From a virus: 64,000 nt of DNA. Position numbers and translations under genes: made by a program. Positions 27,138 to 36,684 of this stretch are shown here, in pieces. The notes beneath the pieces were generated by a model, which saw nothing but the letters and a program-made list of their open reading frames with translations, made no database searches and had not been told where the DNA came from. Position 1 is the first letter of the stretch. Each line of letters starts with the position of its first letter. The stretch spans positions 12,216 to 76,215 of the IMG/VR virus record IMGVR_UViG_3300010403_000002, one strand, 5' to 3'.

Positions 27138-27392
27138 TTACTTGAACAGCACCGCGCGGACTGCGCAGTCTTTGGCCTCCAACAATTTGCGTAGGGCAAC
27201 CGTGCGCTCTGGGTTGCGCGGCAGAGCGGCGCCGATGGTGACAGTTCCACTCTCCGGCACGTTGTCGCCTTTAACGATGGCGTGCGCTAGGTCGCAGAAA
27301 GGTTTGCTGATTTCCTGCAAATGAGGGGGCAGGTGCTCATAAGCGAAGAATTGCAATAGTGGTTCGTTGGTCGGTTGGTTCTCAGTGTTCAT
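27138..27392 (-). CDS. Small helical phage protein, possible anti-defence sponge
   Basis: FFAYEHLPPHLQEISKPF...ERTVALRKLLEAKDCAVRA; RBS AAGGAGG. Confidence 0.5.
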   Translation of the reverse strand: MNTENQPTNEPLLQFFAYEHLPPHLQEISKPFCDLAHAIVKGDNVPESGTVTIGAALPRNPERTVALRKLLEAKDCAVRAVLFK

Positions 27393-27635
27393 AGGTTACC
27401 TCCTTGTTGTTAGTTCGAGAGTTACTCTGACCAGAAAAGCACGTACTCGATCAATCCGATCTGCTCCAGGAGGGCCTCGTCTTCTGTCTCGTTAAACTCT
27501 TCGCAGAGCGCGTCGTGCTTGGCGATTAACCGTTCTCGTTCTTGAATGGACATGAGTACCTCCTGGTTGTTGTATGGCCCGCCTCCTCCCAATCAACACA
27601 GCGCGCCGCGCGGGCTAGACGGAGCGCCGATCTTG

Positions 27636-28100
27636 CTAAAAAGGTATTTCGTCGTCGTCATGTTTGGACATTCGCGTTGCAGCGGTCGCCGCCGCTGGCT
27701 TGCTGCTCGGCGCGCGCTTGGCCGGTTCTCGCGTTTCCGCCTTGGCTGGTTGGTCTCCCTCGCCGCGCTCGGTTTTTGCGCCGATGAATTGCAGTTCGGT
27801 GGCTGTTACTTCCAGCGACGAGCGTTTGTTGCCGTCGCGGTCGGTGAATTCCTCCAGGCGCACACGGCCTTCGAGGTAGACCGGTTTGCCTTTCGACAGG
27901 TACTCACTCGACACTTCCGCGAGCCTGCCCCAGCACGTGACGCGGAACCATGTGGCGACTTCTTCGTTTTCGCCGTTATTCTTGCGGCGCTCGGTGGTGG
28001 CCACGGAGAACTTGCAAATGGCTGTGCCTTGCGGTGTAAACTTCAGCTCGGGATCGCGGCCTAGATGGCCTATTATGATGATTTTGTTGAAAGATGACAT
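27636..28100 (-). CDS. ssb: Single-stranded DNA-binding protein
   Basis: NKIIIIGHLGRDPE...TWFRV...YLSKG..VYLEG; acidic C-terminal DDDEIPF. Confidence 0.95.
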   Translation of the reverse strand: MSSFNKIIIIGHLGRDPELKFTPQGTAICKFSVATTERRKNNGENEEVATWFRVTCWGRLAEVSSEYLSKGKPVYLEGRVRLEEFTDRDGNKRSSLEVTATELQFIGAKTERGEGDQPAKAETREPAKRAPSSKPAAATAATRMSKHDDDEIPF

Positions 28101-28530
28101 GCGTGTTTCTCCTAGCTTAGCCTGTTATGAAGTTCGTTAATTGCCCGCTCTAGCGCGCTCATCGCGTCTGCGATGTCTACCCACCCGATGAACCGCTCAC
28201 CGTCTTCGGCCTTGCCGTAGGCATACTCTTCAAGTTCTGGGTGTAACTGGCGCAGTCTATTTAGTAGCGCTTGGTCATTCTTTGCCCACTCTTCGCGCTC
28301 CTGTTCAGACTGTTGCATTCGCACCATGTCCAGATCGTGACACTCACCGCGCAGATGGAATCCTGGCATTAAGCAGCGGTCTGGAAACTCGCAGCCGAAT
28401 AAGTCGTCTTCTTCGTCGGGCGCGTCGAAATAGTCAGGGCCGCGATAATCCAAGTCGTCAGGCTCGAAGCCGTGCATTGTGTCTGTGATGTCGTCGTAAA
28501 GCTCAGTCTGCATACTCGCGCCTGCCTTGG

Positions 28531-29061
28531 TTAAGGTTTGTGATATAAATAAAGCCCCAGGCCGAACTTAGCTGCTGCGCGCCGCAGTGCCATTGATTCG
28601 GCGTTGCTAGAAGGGTCTCCGTACATCCGCTCGCCCTCTTCCGGCTCTTCCTCGGTGCCGGTGGCTTCGCGGTAGACAATCCCTTCAAGACAGGGAATGG
28701 AAAGCCGCACCGTCAGAACAAGCCGCCCTTCCGTGTTCCAGACGGTCGAGCGCACCTCGTAGCTCCAGCCGGCGGCATGGAGGTCGAGGTATTTCACGGC
28801 GTGATACCAGGGGATGAAGCTTATCGCCCTGCCACCTTTGGTTTTCTGTTTTAAGTGGCGCTCTTTAATCGGCTGAGACAGGTCGGCGATGATTGCAGCA
28901 AGGGGATGCAGTGCCGCAGTCTGCGTTAGTGACTGTTTTGCGTCCGCGTCTTTCTTCCATTCCGCGTAGTGTGGCGGGCAGAAGCCTTCCCGCGTTTGGC
29001 CGGTATATTTACATTCTGCTACTTCGCAGGTTATAACTGGGACTACAACTTGAGCTTTCAT
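28531..29061 (-). CDS. Rad52/Rad22 (Sak-like) single-strand annealing protein
   Basis: ISFIPWY...LD...GWSYEV...REATGTE...NAESMALRRAAAKFGLGLYLY. Confidence 0.8.
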   Translation of the reverse strand: MKAQVVVPVITCEVAECKYTGQTREGFCPPHYAEWKKDADAKQSLTQTAALHPLAAIIADLSQPIKERHLKQKTKGGRAISFIPWYHAVKYLDLHAAGWSYEVRSTVWNTEGRLVLTVRLSIPCLEGIVYREATGTEEEPEEGERMYGDPSSNAESMALRRAAAKFGLGLYLYHKP

Positions 29062-29399
29062 AGTGTTCCTCTCTATTCCTCTTCGTCGAAGTGAATCGTC
29101 AAATGAATGTCCACTCCCGCTACCTTGAGCGCCAGCAGCGTGGCATCCGGGAGCCTATATAAGACTCTCGCGCCGAGCGTCGGGCGCAACAGAGCAAGAA
29201 TCGCTTGCTCGATTGCACGGCGTTTGCTGTTGCTCATGCTGCCTCCGTCTTTCTCCGTTCGTTCATTTCCTGATAGCCGCGCGCCGTTTCCATCGCCGCC
29301 TTCGTGCCGTGGATTTGCCAGATGAGCTGCACGCAGACGCGCTGTAGCGATGTGAGTGTGATCATTGCTGTCAACAAGGGGATCGGATATTTCATTGAA

Positions 29400-29735
29400 C
29401 TTCCGTGTGTAAAAACGCGGGGCGAATGCTTGCGCGCCCACCCCGCCAAGACGCTGGATTGGTGCGGATGTGATTCGCGCGTGCCGAAGTTGAATCGGCT
29501 TAGGGCTAGTAATTCCCCAACTAGCCTTAGAGTCCACACTCACGCGCGAGCAATGCGATGACAGCCGGTGTTTAGCCGCTCAGCTGACCTTTACAGATGC
29601 CTCTGTACCTGCCGGTAGCTAAACGTCTCAAGGGTCAGCAATCCGACTGCAACCGCAATTTCAAAGACCGCCCGGCGTGGAGCGGGACAAGCTCACAGCG
29701 CCGGGCTTTCCGAGCGGCATCCCGCGCTCGGAAGA
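29400..29735 (-). promoter_or_regulatory. Structured RNA element in the early leftward transcript
   Basis: Two GC-rich hairpins, boxA-like GGTCTTTGAAA (29659-29669), a pseudoknotted junction with two GGCA tetraloops (29570-29640), and a terminal hairpin with U-tract. Confidence 0.45.
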
Positions 29736-30879
29736 TGAACATTCTTACGCTCGCATCAGCGCGTATATAAGCTTGGCCTTTGTTGGCAGGCCCGCCGGTG
29801 CGGTATAGACGTAGATTTGATTAATGCGCTGGCTGCGCTCAGCTACCGTCCCGCTGATCTGTCGCGGGCATTTCATTCCGCGAATGCCGTTGGTTAAGCG
29901 TACCTGGATTGTCGTCAGCAGTTGAACGTCAGCAGACCTGGAAGCCAGGAGCAAGAGTCGCTTCACTTCATCAAGCGAGAGCGGACTGTAGGCGCGTTTG
30001 GGTTTGCCGTCGTATCGTGCGCCGCGCTCGTGCGGGCAGCGAGTATCCAGCAGTTGGTCTTGCATTGGTTCTCTTTTCATATATCGAACCTCCCATAACG
30101 CTCGCCTTTTTGTAGCAAACTTGGCGCAACCATCACGGCTTTCTCGCGCTCGTCTTGCGCTGCTACGATCTGCTCGAAGTCGAGCGATTCGTCATCGTTC
30201 AGTTTCCGAACCATTGAATCGAGAAATGCCTTCGCTGGCGATTGCTCAATCCTTGGCGCGTGTGACCGTCGCCCCTTGTCAGTCACCGCAGGCATCGTGG
30301 CGGCGCGCTCAGCACGAACAATCTCGTGCAGTAGCAAGCTGACCTTGGCTGCCGACTCCTTGGCTTGCTCGAAGCGCTCAGCGGCGACGTGTTGTTCGAG
30401 CGCGTCGAGGTGCATAGCTAGCTGTTGTTTCAGGTCAGCGGTGTTCACTTGGCTACCCTTTCCTGTGTGGCGGCGATTGGTGCAGTTTGTTGAAGTTCGG
30501 CGAGCAAGTCGCGCGCGGCTTCTAAAATCATAAAGGCTCGCATTTCGCCTTTGTCTATCCATCCAGTGCTGTCTGTTGCGCCGTTCCGCGCTGATCCGGG
30601 CAAGTCGGTCTCGCGCTCAATTAACGACAGGAGATCCTGAAGTATTTCTGCCACCTTCCCGTTCTCCGCATCGTTCCATAGCTGCACAAAACGTTTTGCT
30701 ACCCATTCATCTTCGCATTCAGCCAGATGCAAAAATAGGCCGCACTCGTTGTAGATGTGATAGCGCGTCACCTCTTGCGCGCCCGACACAAAGTCCCGCT
30801 CGGTTTCTTGTTGATAGCGAATATGTATTGGTGTTTTTGCTTGTTCGCTCATCTTCTTTACCTCCCTCTACGTTGCCTT

Positions 30880-31167
30880 TCAGCGCAGCCCTTCGATAAG
30901 CCGCAGCGCCCGTTCTTTGGGCTGTTGCCGGGCTTTTGCTTTTGCAATCCACGCCGAACGCAGCGCCATCACTTCAACCTTGAGCAGTCGCACGATGGTG
31001 CGTTGGCCGTTCACCACGCGCACTCTCGTTAAACTGTCCGTGCCCCCCTTGCCGTCCCGCACTGTGTTTGGCGCGAGCGTTAAGATTCGCCCTGCCTCGT
31101 TGCAGTCAATAAGTTCATCCGGGTCGTTGAGCGGTGCGGCCAGTTGGGTTTTGAGCTTGGCTTTCAT
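30880..31167 (-). CDS. Excisionase-like / HTH DNA-binding protein
   Basis: LIDCNEAGRILTLAPNTVRD winged-helix pattern; near the start of the leftward operon. Confidence 0.55.
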   Translation of the reverse strand: MKAKLKTQLAAPLNDPDELIDCNEAGRILTLAPNTVRDGKGGTDSLTRVRVVNGQRTIVRLLKVEVMALRSAWIAKAKARQQPKERALRLIEGLR

Positions 31168-31321
31168 GGCGTGTCTCAGTCGCACCCGCAGGAGTGGTCA
31201 ACCCCATCCCTCAACGAAAATCAACCACTCCTGCGGACGCTTCACCTCAAAGTAGAAGCGGACGGCGCGTGCCGCTCGCCGCCAGCGAAGACCGTTAGTG
31301 GTTTCGCTGACGGATGACAGT

Positions 31322-31360
31322 GTATAGTAGAACTATACCGCTTGTCAAGTGAGACTATAC
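31322..31360. promoter_or_regulatory. Two repressor operators overlapping the leftward early promoter
   Basis: GTATAGT-AGA-ACTATAC (31322-31338) and GTCAAGT-GAG-ACTATAC (31344-31360); minus-strand TTGACA at 31348-31343. Confidence 0.75.
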
Positions 31361-31575
31361 ACTTTTTGCAATTTTGCTCTCGGTACGATATTATAGGCAA
31401 TCAGCAGACGCAGTAAGGTGCTACCTCTCGGCTCGGATTCGCCGGTCTCGTATTGTGAGACCGCCCCTTTTGTAACCTTTAGTAAGTCGGCAACTTGCAC
31501 TTGAGTGAGTCCGGCTTTCCGGCGTGCCTTTTGTAACTTTTTGGGGTCAAGTTTGATCTCCAGAAGATTATCCAT
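31345..31575 (-). CDS. Cro-like XRE HTH regulator
   Basis: LQKARRKAGLTQVQVADLLKVTKGAVSQYETGESEP; divergent from the repressor. Confidence 0.8.
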   Translation of the reverse strand: MDNLLEIKLDPKKLQKARRKAGLTQVQVADLLKVTKGAVSQYETGESEPRGSTLLRLLIAYNIVPRAKLQKVYSLT

Positions 31576-31584
31576 AGCGGGCCA

Positions 31585-31675
31585 ATTATCCCTACCTCCC
31601 TAGGCGAAGTCAAGTAGCACTATACAGAAAAAAGTAGTCAAACTAGACAAGAAGGAATGTATAGTGGGACTATAC
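31585..31675. promoter_or_regulatory. cro promoter and three operators in the immunity switch
   Basis: Minus-strand TTGACT (31613-31608)-N17-GATAAT (31590-31585); operators at 31609-31625, 31632-31648 and 31659-31675 (consensus GTATAGT-N3-ACTATAC). Confidence 0.75.
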
Positions 31676-31677
31676 CT

Positions 31678-32079
31678 ATGAGCAAGGATAAGCAGACTTT
31701 CGGGCAGTGGCTGTACGCAGCGCGTCGTAGTAGGAAACTGACGCAACAGGGTCTGTCGGATAAGACGAACGGTGCGGTGAGCAAGGCCTACATCAGCTTA
31801 TTGGAAACTGACCGGCTCACGAATAAAGGGCGGGCACATCAGCCTAGCCAGGACGCCTTGAAGGCGATAGCGAGGGCGCTGGATATTCCTTTAGGTGAGG
31901 CGATGCAGGCGGCGGGATGGGACATTACCTTGCCAGTGAAACACATGACCCGTGTTCATCGCATTGCGGCATTGTTCGAGCAGGTTCCCGAAGTCCAGCA
32001 AGTCACCTTTGAAGAGGATAACGATGAGTGGCTTGGCGTACTTGAAAACAAAATTAAGCGGCTCGTAGAAGAGCCATAA
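31678..32079 (+). CDS. XRE-family immunity repressor (ImmR/CI-like)
   Basis: FGQWLYAARRSRKLTQQGLS...VSKAYISLLE...IARALD; no S24 peptidase domain. Confidence 0.8.
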   Translation: MSKDKQTFGQWLYAARRSRKLTQQGLSDKTNGAVSKAYISLLETDRLTNKGRAHQPSQDALKAIARALDIPLGEAMQAAGWDITLPVKHMTRVHRIAALFEQVPEVQQVTFEEDNDEWLGVLENKIKRLVEEP

Positions 32080-32130
32080 TATCACCTGTAGTATCACTTG
32101 CTGGATTGGCCTTACAGACAGGAGGCCACC

Positions 32131-32553
32131 TTGAAAACTATTCCTCAACGCCTATGCAAGCTCGGCTGGAACCGGCGCGTCCTTACCTACGCTGATTTCG
32201 AACAAGCCTGCGAAGACGATCAGATCACTGTCATTACGAAGCATCTGCCCGACGACCTGGGGCAGTACCGCATCGAACAGAGCAGGGAAGTGATTACGCT
32301 CGACCGCGCATTGCACGACCCGCTGCGCGTCTTCGTTGCCTTTCACGAGTTTGGTCACGCGCTCTATCACGTGCCAGGGCATTACGGGTTGCACGCGAAG
32401 ACCGAGCTTGAGGCTGACGTGATCGCCGTGGTGGCGTTGCTGCCGCGACCGTTACTTTACAAGTTATCACCCGGAGAGATTTCCGAAGCGCTGGGCTATC
32501 CACTCTCGCTGATTGATGAGCGGTATAGCATCTTGCGCAACCTTCAACTTTAA
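32131..32553 (+). CDS. ImmA/IrrE-family metallopeptidase (anti-repressor)
   Basis: AFHEFGH...ELEAD...LLP; GGAGG RBS before the TTG start; lies between repressor and integrase. Confidence 0.85.
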   Translation: MKTIPQRLCKLGWNRRVLTYADFEQACEDDQITVITKHLPDDLGQYRIEQSREVITLDRALHDPLRVFVAFHEFGHALYHVPGHYGLHAKTELEADVIAVVALLPRPLLYKLSPGEISEALGYPLSLIDERYSILRNLQL

Positions 32554-33743
32554 TGGCAATCAAGAAAGTCTACAGCAAACGACAGAAGGCGCACGTCTGG
32601 GGCTTTGACGTGTGGGTCGGCGGTCGGCGCAAGCGTGACTTCGCCTTTGCCACCAAGCGCGAAGCCGAAGACGCTGAGGCGGCGCTCAAGCTCGCTGCGC
32701 GGGCCGACAAGTACGGCCTGGCACGCGAGCGGGTGAAAATTACCGTGGCCGATCTGGTCGAAGCCCGCGCCGCCGCCTTGCTCGCCGCTGAGAAAGAAGG
32801 GAAGGACTGGAACCGGCGGCGCGCGGTCAAGGTGCTCCGCGCGTGGCTGAAGACGCTGCCCGCCGGTCTTGCGGTGGTTGAGGTAAAGACCGCGCACGTG
32901 AGCAAATATCTTGAGCAGCGGCGACCACACTTAAAGCAATGGTCGCTGATCCACGAACTCAGCCACATACGTTCCTGCTTGAGCAGCGCGCCGAATCACT
33001 TTCCCGGATTGCAAGACTACCAGCCGCCGAAGATGCCATCGCTGCCTGCGCCACGCCGGGGCCGCGAGCGCGTGCTTGAGCCTGAAGAGTTGGAGAAGAT
33101 CCAAGCTCAACTGCGCGCGCCCTGGCCGCGTGCATCCGCGCGTGATTGCAAGCGCCGTGCGGTGTTGGCCGACTTCCTGGAATTCCTGGTGCTGACTGGG
33201 ATGCGCCAGGGCGAAGCCGGGCGGCTGCGCCAAGCCGATGTCAATCTGCGTTGGCATACGGCGCGCGTGGAGGCGACGAAGACCGACACGGTGCGCACCG
33301 TCCATTTGAACGCGCGTGCTGAAGAGATCGTCAGACGACAATTGGAAGGGAATCAGACTGACTGGGTGTGGCCGAACGAGCAGGGAACTGGCTCTTACAA
33401 AATCCATCGCACCGTCTTGAAGAAATGGTGCAAGCGCGCGGGTGTCGTCTATGGTAATAACGTGGCTGGTGGTTTCGTCCCTCACGACTCGCGCCACACG
33501 TCGGCAACTGAGATGCTTCGTGCTGGCGCAGATCTCCCGACCGTTGGCGCGGTACTTGGCCATTCAGATATGACCATGACGATGCGCTATGGTCATACCT
33601 CACCCACTCAGCAACGCGCGGCGATTGACAGGCTTGCTGAGTATGGCGTCCATTTGGAGTCTAAAGTTCGTCTAAACGACAGACCGCTAACGGAGTCCCA
33701 GAGCGGGCAGAGCGAAGCCGAAGCACTGCGAAAAACTTCCTAA
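32553..33743 (+). CDS. int: Tyrosine integrase
   Basis: TGMRQGE (R), TKT (K), HDSRH (HxxR), LGH and RY catalytic residues; N-terminal arm-binding domain. Confidence 0.93.
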   Translation: MAIKKVYSKRQKAHVWGFDVWVGGRRKRDFAFATKREAEDAEAALKLAARADKYGLARERVKITVADLVEARAAALLAAEKEGKDWNRRRAVKVLRAWLKTLPAGLAVVEVKTAHVSKYLEQRRPHLKQWSLIHELSHIRSCLSSAPNHFPGLQDYQPPKMPSLPAPRRGRERVLEPEELEKIQAQLRAPWPRASARDCKRRAVLADFLEFLVLTGMRQGEAGRLRQADVNLRWHTARVEATKTDTVRTVHLNARAEEIVRRQLEGNQTDWVWPNEQGTGSYKIHRTVLKKWCKRAGVVYGNNVAGGFVPHDSRHTSATEMLRAGADLPTVGAVLGHSDMTMTMRYGHTSPTQQRAAIDRLAEYGVHLESKVRLNDRPLTESQSGQSEAEALRKTS

Positions 33744-33945
33744 GTCACTGTCTGGTTTGCTTTATCTTGTCACCGGTAGACTTAATCGAATAATCCAACC
33801 AGCCGCGCTCGTTGCTGTTCTTGCTACGGGCGAGGAATCTGGCTGAATTTCTCACGCTTGCAACCTCAAGCAGCGCAGCGCCTTGCGGACAGGTTTGGCG
33901 TTTGGTCTGGCAGCGCGAATGATTGGAGTCTATAATTCGTCCACA
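33645..33945. other. attP region with arm-type repeats
   Basis: Direct repeat TTGGAGTCTAAAGTTCGTC (33654-33672)/TTGGAGTCTATAATTCGTC (33923-33941), 17/19 identical, flanking a non-coding core next to int. Confidence 0.6.
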
Positions 33946-34257
33946 AAATTCCTTGCTTGTGCCCATGCTTCTGTGATATAGCGTGCTCATTCTGGAGCAT
34001 CAATGACACACTTACTCACAAACCAAAAGGCGAACACACTTGAACGAACCTCATGCGGAGGCTGGTGCCGCTCGTACAATGTCGCCAGTAGAAATGCAGG
34101 TTGCTTTTGAGAAACTGACCAAGCGCGTGCTCCAACTTGAAGACGAGCGCGCGCGTGAAAAACAACGAGCAGAGAAGCGGCGCGCGGCTTGGCAAGGCGC
34201 GCTGGGTTGGCTCAAGCAGCTTGCTGAAAACTGAATAGGCTTTGATCCTGGATTTTG

Positions 34258-34322
34258 GCCGCCGTTTGACTGGTTTGATCTCAATGAGATTTTGCTGGTG
34301 AGACGGCGGCTTTTGTTGTTTT
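34258..34322 (+). terminator. Long hairpin plus U-tract directly before the endolysin start
   Basis: GCCGCCGTTT/AGACGGCGGC stem, inner ATCTCA/TGAGAT, then TTTTGTTGTTTT. Confidence 0.5.
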
Positions 34323-34985
34323 ATGGCCACTGTAAGCGCCGCACAACTCCGTCAGATTTGCCCGCGCCTCAAATTGGAGGCAGCGCAAACCTGGGTGCCT
34401 TTTCTCAACGAGGCGGCGGCTCGGTTCGATATTTCAGCCAATGCAGACCGGCTGGCCGCGTGGCTGGCCCAGGCCGCGCACGAATCCGGCGAATTTAGCA
34501 AGGGCCGCGAGAATATGAATTACACCTCAGTGGCGCGCATCCGTGCGGTCTTCAAGCGCGTGAGTATGCCGGGGGTGCATCGCCGGACCAATCCTGAACT
34601 ACAAGCCTATGTGCGAGCGCCGGAGCAGTTCGCAAACTTCATCTACTCGCACCTACTCGGCAACGGCAACGAGGCGAGTGGCGACGGCTGGGCATATCGA
34701 GGTGGCGGTAGTATCGGGCTGACCGGGCGTGCGCAATATCGGGAATGCGGTCGAGCGATTGGGTTGCCACTTGAACAGAAGCCGGAATTGATCGAGCGGC
34801 CATTGGCCGGCGCGCTTTCGGCGGCGTGGTTCTGGCACAAGCGCGGCTTGAACAAGGTGGTGGACGAGACGGAAGGGGAAAGGGAAACGCGGGAGGTCAC
34901 GCTGCTAACCAATGGTGGATTCAATGGGTTGGCTGATCGGCTGATGTATGCGGAGAGGGCTGAGCAAGCGTTCGGGTTGAAATGA
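34323..34985 (+). CDS. Endolysin, glycoside hydrolase family 19
   Basis: LAQAAHESG...ENMNY...GNG.EASGDGW.YRG.G...LTGR...SAAWFW...NGG.NGLADR. Confidence 0.9.
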   Translation: MATVSAAQLRQICPRLKLEAAQTWVPFLNEAAARFDISANADRLAAWLAQAAHESGEFSKGRENMNYTSVARIRAVFKRVSMPGVHRRTNPELQAYVRAPEQFANFIYSHLLGNGNEASGDGWAYRGGGSIGLTGRAQYRECGRAIGLPLEQKPELIERPLAGALSAAWFWHKRGLNKVVDETEGERETREVTLLTNGGFNGLADRLMYAERAEQAFGLK

Positions 34986-35211
34986 GAGATGGGAGTATCC
35001 AGGCAACTGAGGCGGACATCCGACGGCATAGGGCTGAGTGTTGGAGTCCTAGCTGTAGGCGCCGGGCTTGGTTTTGTAATTGGTGCGGGTGGCATTGGTG
35101 CTGGTCGCATGCTTGGCGTGATCTACGCTGGGGTGGTGGCTCTTTTGGTTTTGGACTCAGGACGCTGCGGTTGAGATGGCCGTTTTAGTTTGGAGCAAGC
35201 GTTCGGGTTGA
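34962..35211 (+). repeat. 19-bp direct repeat bracketing a small inserted ORF (34982-35188)
   Basis: GAGCAAGCGTTCGGGTTGA at 34962-34980 and 35193-35211. Confidence 0.75.
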
Positions 35212-35226
35212 GGTAATAGGTGAACA

Positions 35227-35787
35227 ATGTCAGACATCGAAGACCTGCAGTTAAAGCATCCGGAACTCGCAGCGCGGCTGATCGCCTTCGCGCAAGAACT
35301 GGCGCCCCTCGGCGGCAGGCTGAAGATTGACATGCCGGGTAATTATCCCGCGCCGCAGTCTGCCACTCCCACCCCAAACGCTGACCGGGCTGTCCTGGCG
35401 GCTCAGCCCGCCAAGGGCGAGGTGACAAAAGATCAAGCCGCTAGCTGGGCGCGGGCCGGACTCACGGCGGTCTCGTCTGCCGTGGCTATGCTCGGCGCAC
35501 TGGGGTGGCTTGGCTGGATCAAGCCGGAACACCTAAGCACTTTGAATAATCCAGCACTGGCCGGGCTGTTGAGCGGTGTCATCTTTGCTGCGGCGCGGCT
35601 GTGGAGTTTGTATCAGAGCAAGAAGAAGGCAACGGAGAAGTCCCAAGAGGTCACGACTGCTCTACACACGTCGCCGCTCAAGGCCGACGAGACGCCGGTG
35701 AGCGTGGAAGAAGTCAAAGCTAAAACGAAAGAAGTTGTGCAACAAGCTCAGGTAAGTGATAACGCGGTGAAAGGGGAAGGGAAATAA
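35227..35787 (+). CDS. Putative holin
   Basis: Two TM segments ending ...LWSLYQSKKK with a charged tail; next to the endolysin. Confidence 0.55.
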   Translation: MSDIEDLQLKHPELAARLIAFAQELAPLGGRLKIDMPGNYPAPQSATPTPNADRAVLAAQPAKGEVTKDQAASWARAGLTAVSSAVAMLGALGWLGWIKPEHLSTLNNPALAGLLSGVIFAAARLWSLYQSKKKATEKSQEVTTALHTSPLKADETPVSVEEVKAKTKEVVQQAQVSDNAVKGEGK

Positions 35788-36081
35788 CCATGCCATTTTT
35801 TCACGGCTGGGGATGGTTCAATGCGGGCGCGGCGCATTCAGTAAAGGCGCGCAGGAAAGATCGCAACAAGCGCGCGAAATCCCGCCGCGCAATGGTCAAA
35901 GCTTCAAGAAAGGGAAACCGATGAAAGGAAAAATATACCGGCTGCGGATTTGCCGCTGGCACTTTGCGGTTAGCTTTGGCCACTTCACATGGCGTCACTG
36001 GTCACAGAAGAGTTGGCCTCTGCCCGCCGGATCATTCGCCTTTGGTTTTGGCTGTCTGACTTATATGCGAGGTATTGCCTG

Positions 36082-36684
36082 ATGAAACGTTATTTACTCT
36101 ATCTCGTGCTGGCGCTGGCGCTGGCGTCGCAAACGGCCTGCCCATTTGCCACGGCCAATAACGCGATTGACAACATCCTGCTCAACACTGAGCGCGCGGC
36201 TCGTTACATTGATCGCAGCAGTGAGATGGTGCATGAGCTTTACTGCCCGACTTGCGAGACGCACTTTCTCAAGAAAGAGACCGAGCTACAGCTTCAACAA
36301 AACCTGCTGACCGCGCAGGAAAAGCTGGCGCGAGCTTATGGCGCGCTACGGGCCTCTGGCATTGATACCGGTAAGATCACGCTGACGCCGGCGCGGAAAG
36401 CCGACATCGAGAGCAATCTGACCGCGCTCAGGGTCGGGCTGCCGACGGGGAGCGAGATCGGCCCTGGCACTTCGGCGTCTGCTAAGTTGCAAGGCATCCT
36501 CGCGCCACTTGATCGAGCGGTCAGCGATGTTCTCTTGCAATTGTCGAAAGTGAAAGTCGCGCAAGCTGGCACGACCTTTCAACTCTCAGCCGCGCAGACG
36601 ATGCGCGTGCAGTCTCGAATTAACCATTACGTCACTATTGGTCTATTGCCTATATCCACGACCGAGGAAAAGGCGGAACGATGA
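36082..36684 (+). CDS. Lipoprotein (possible spanin-related)
   Basis: MKRYLLYLVLALALASQTA-C lipobox-like; in the lysis cluster. Confidence 0.5.
   Translation: MKRYLLYLVLALALASQTACPFATANNAIDNILLNTERAARYIDRSSEMVHELYCPTCETHFLKKETELQLQQNLLTAQEKLARAYGALRASGIDTGKITLTPARKADIESNLTALRVGLPTGSEIGPGTSASAKLQGILAPLDRAVSDVLLQLSKVKVAQAGTTFQLSAAQTMRVQSRINHYVTIGLLPISTTEEKAER

Noticed and set aside
29570-29640. Known self-cleaving ribozyme (HDV, hammerhead, pistol)
   Set aside because: No P4/catalytic-C layout, no CUGANGA/GAAA pair, and no pistol topology by eye.
33745-33990. 81-aa minus-strand ORF
   Set aside because: Lies across the presumed attP; no RBS or family signal.
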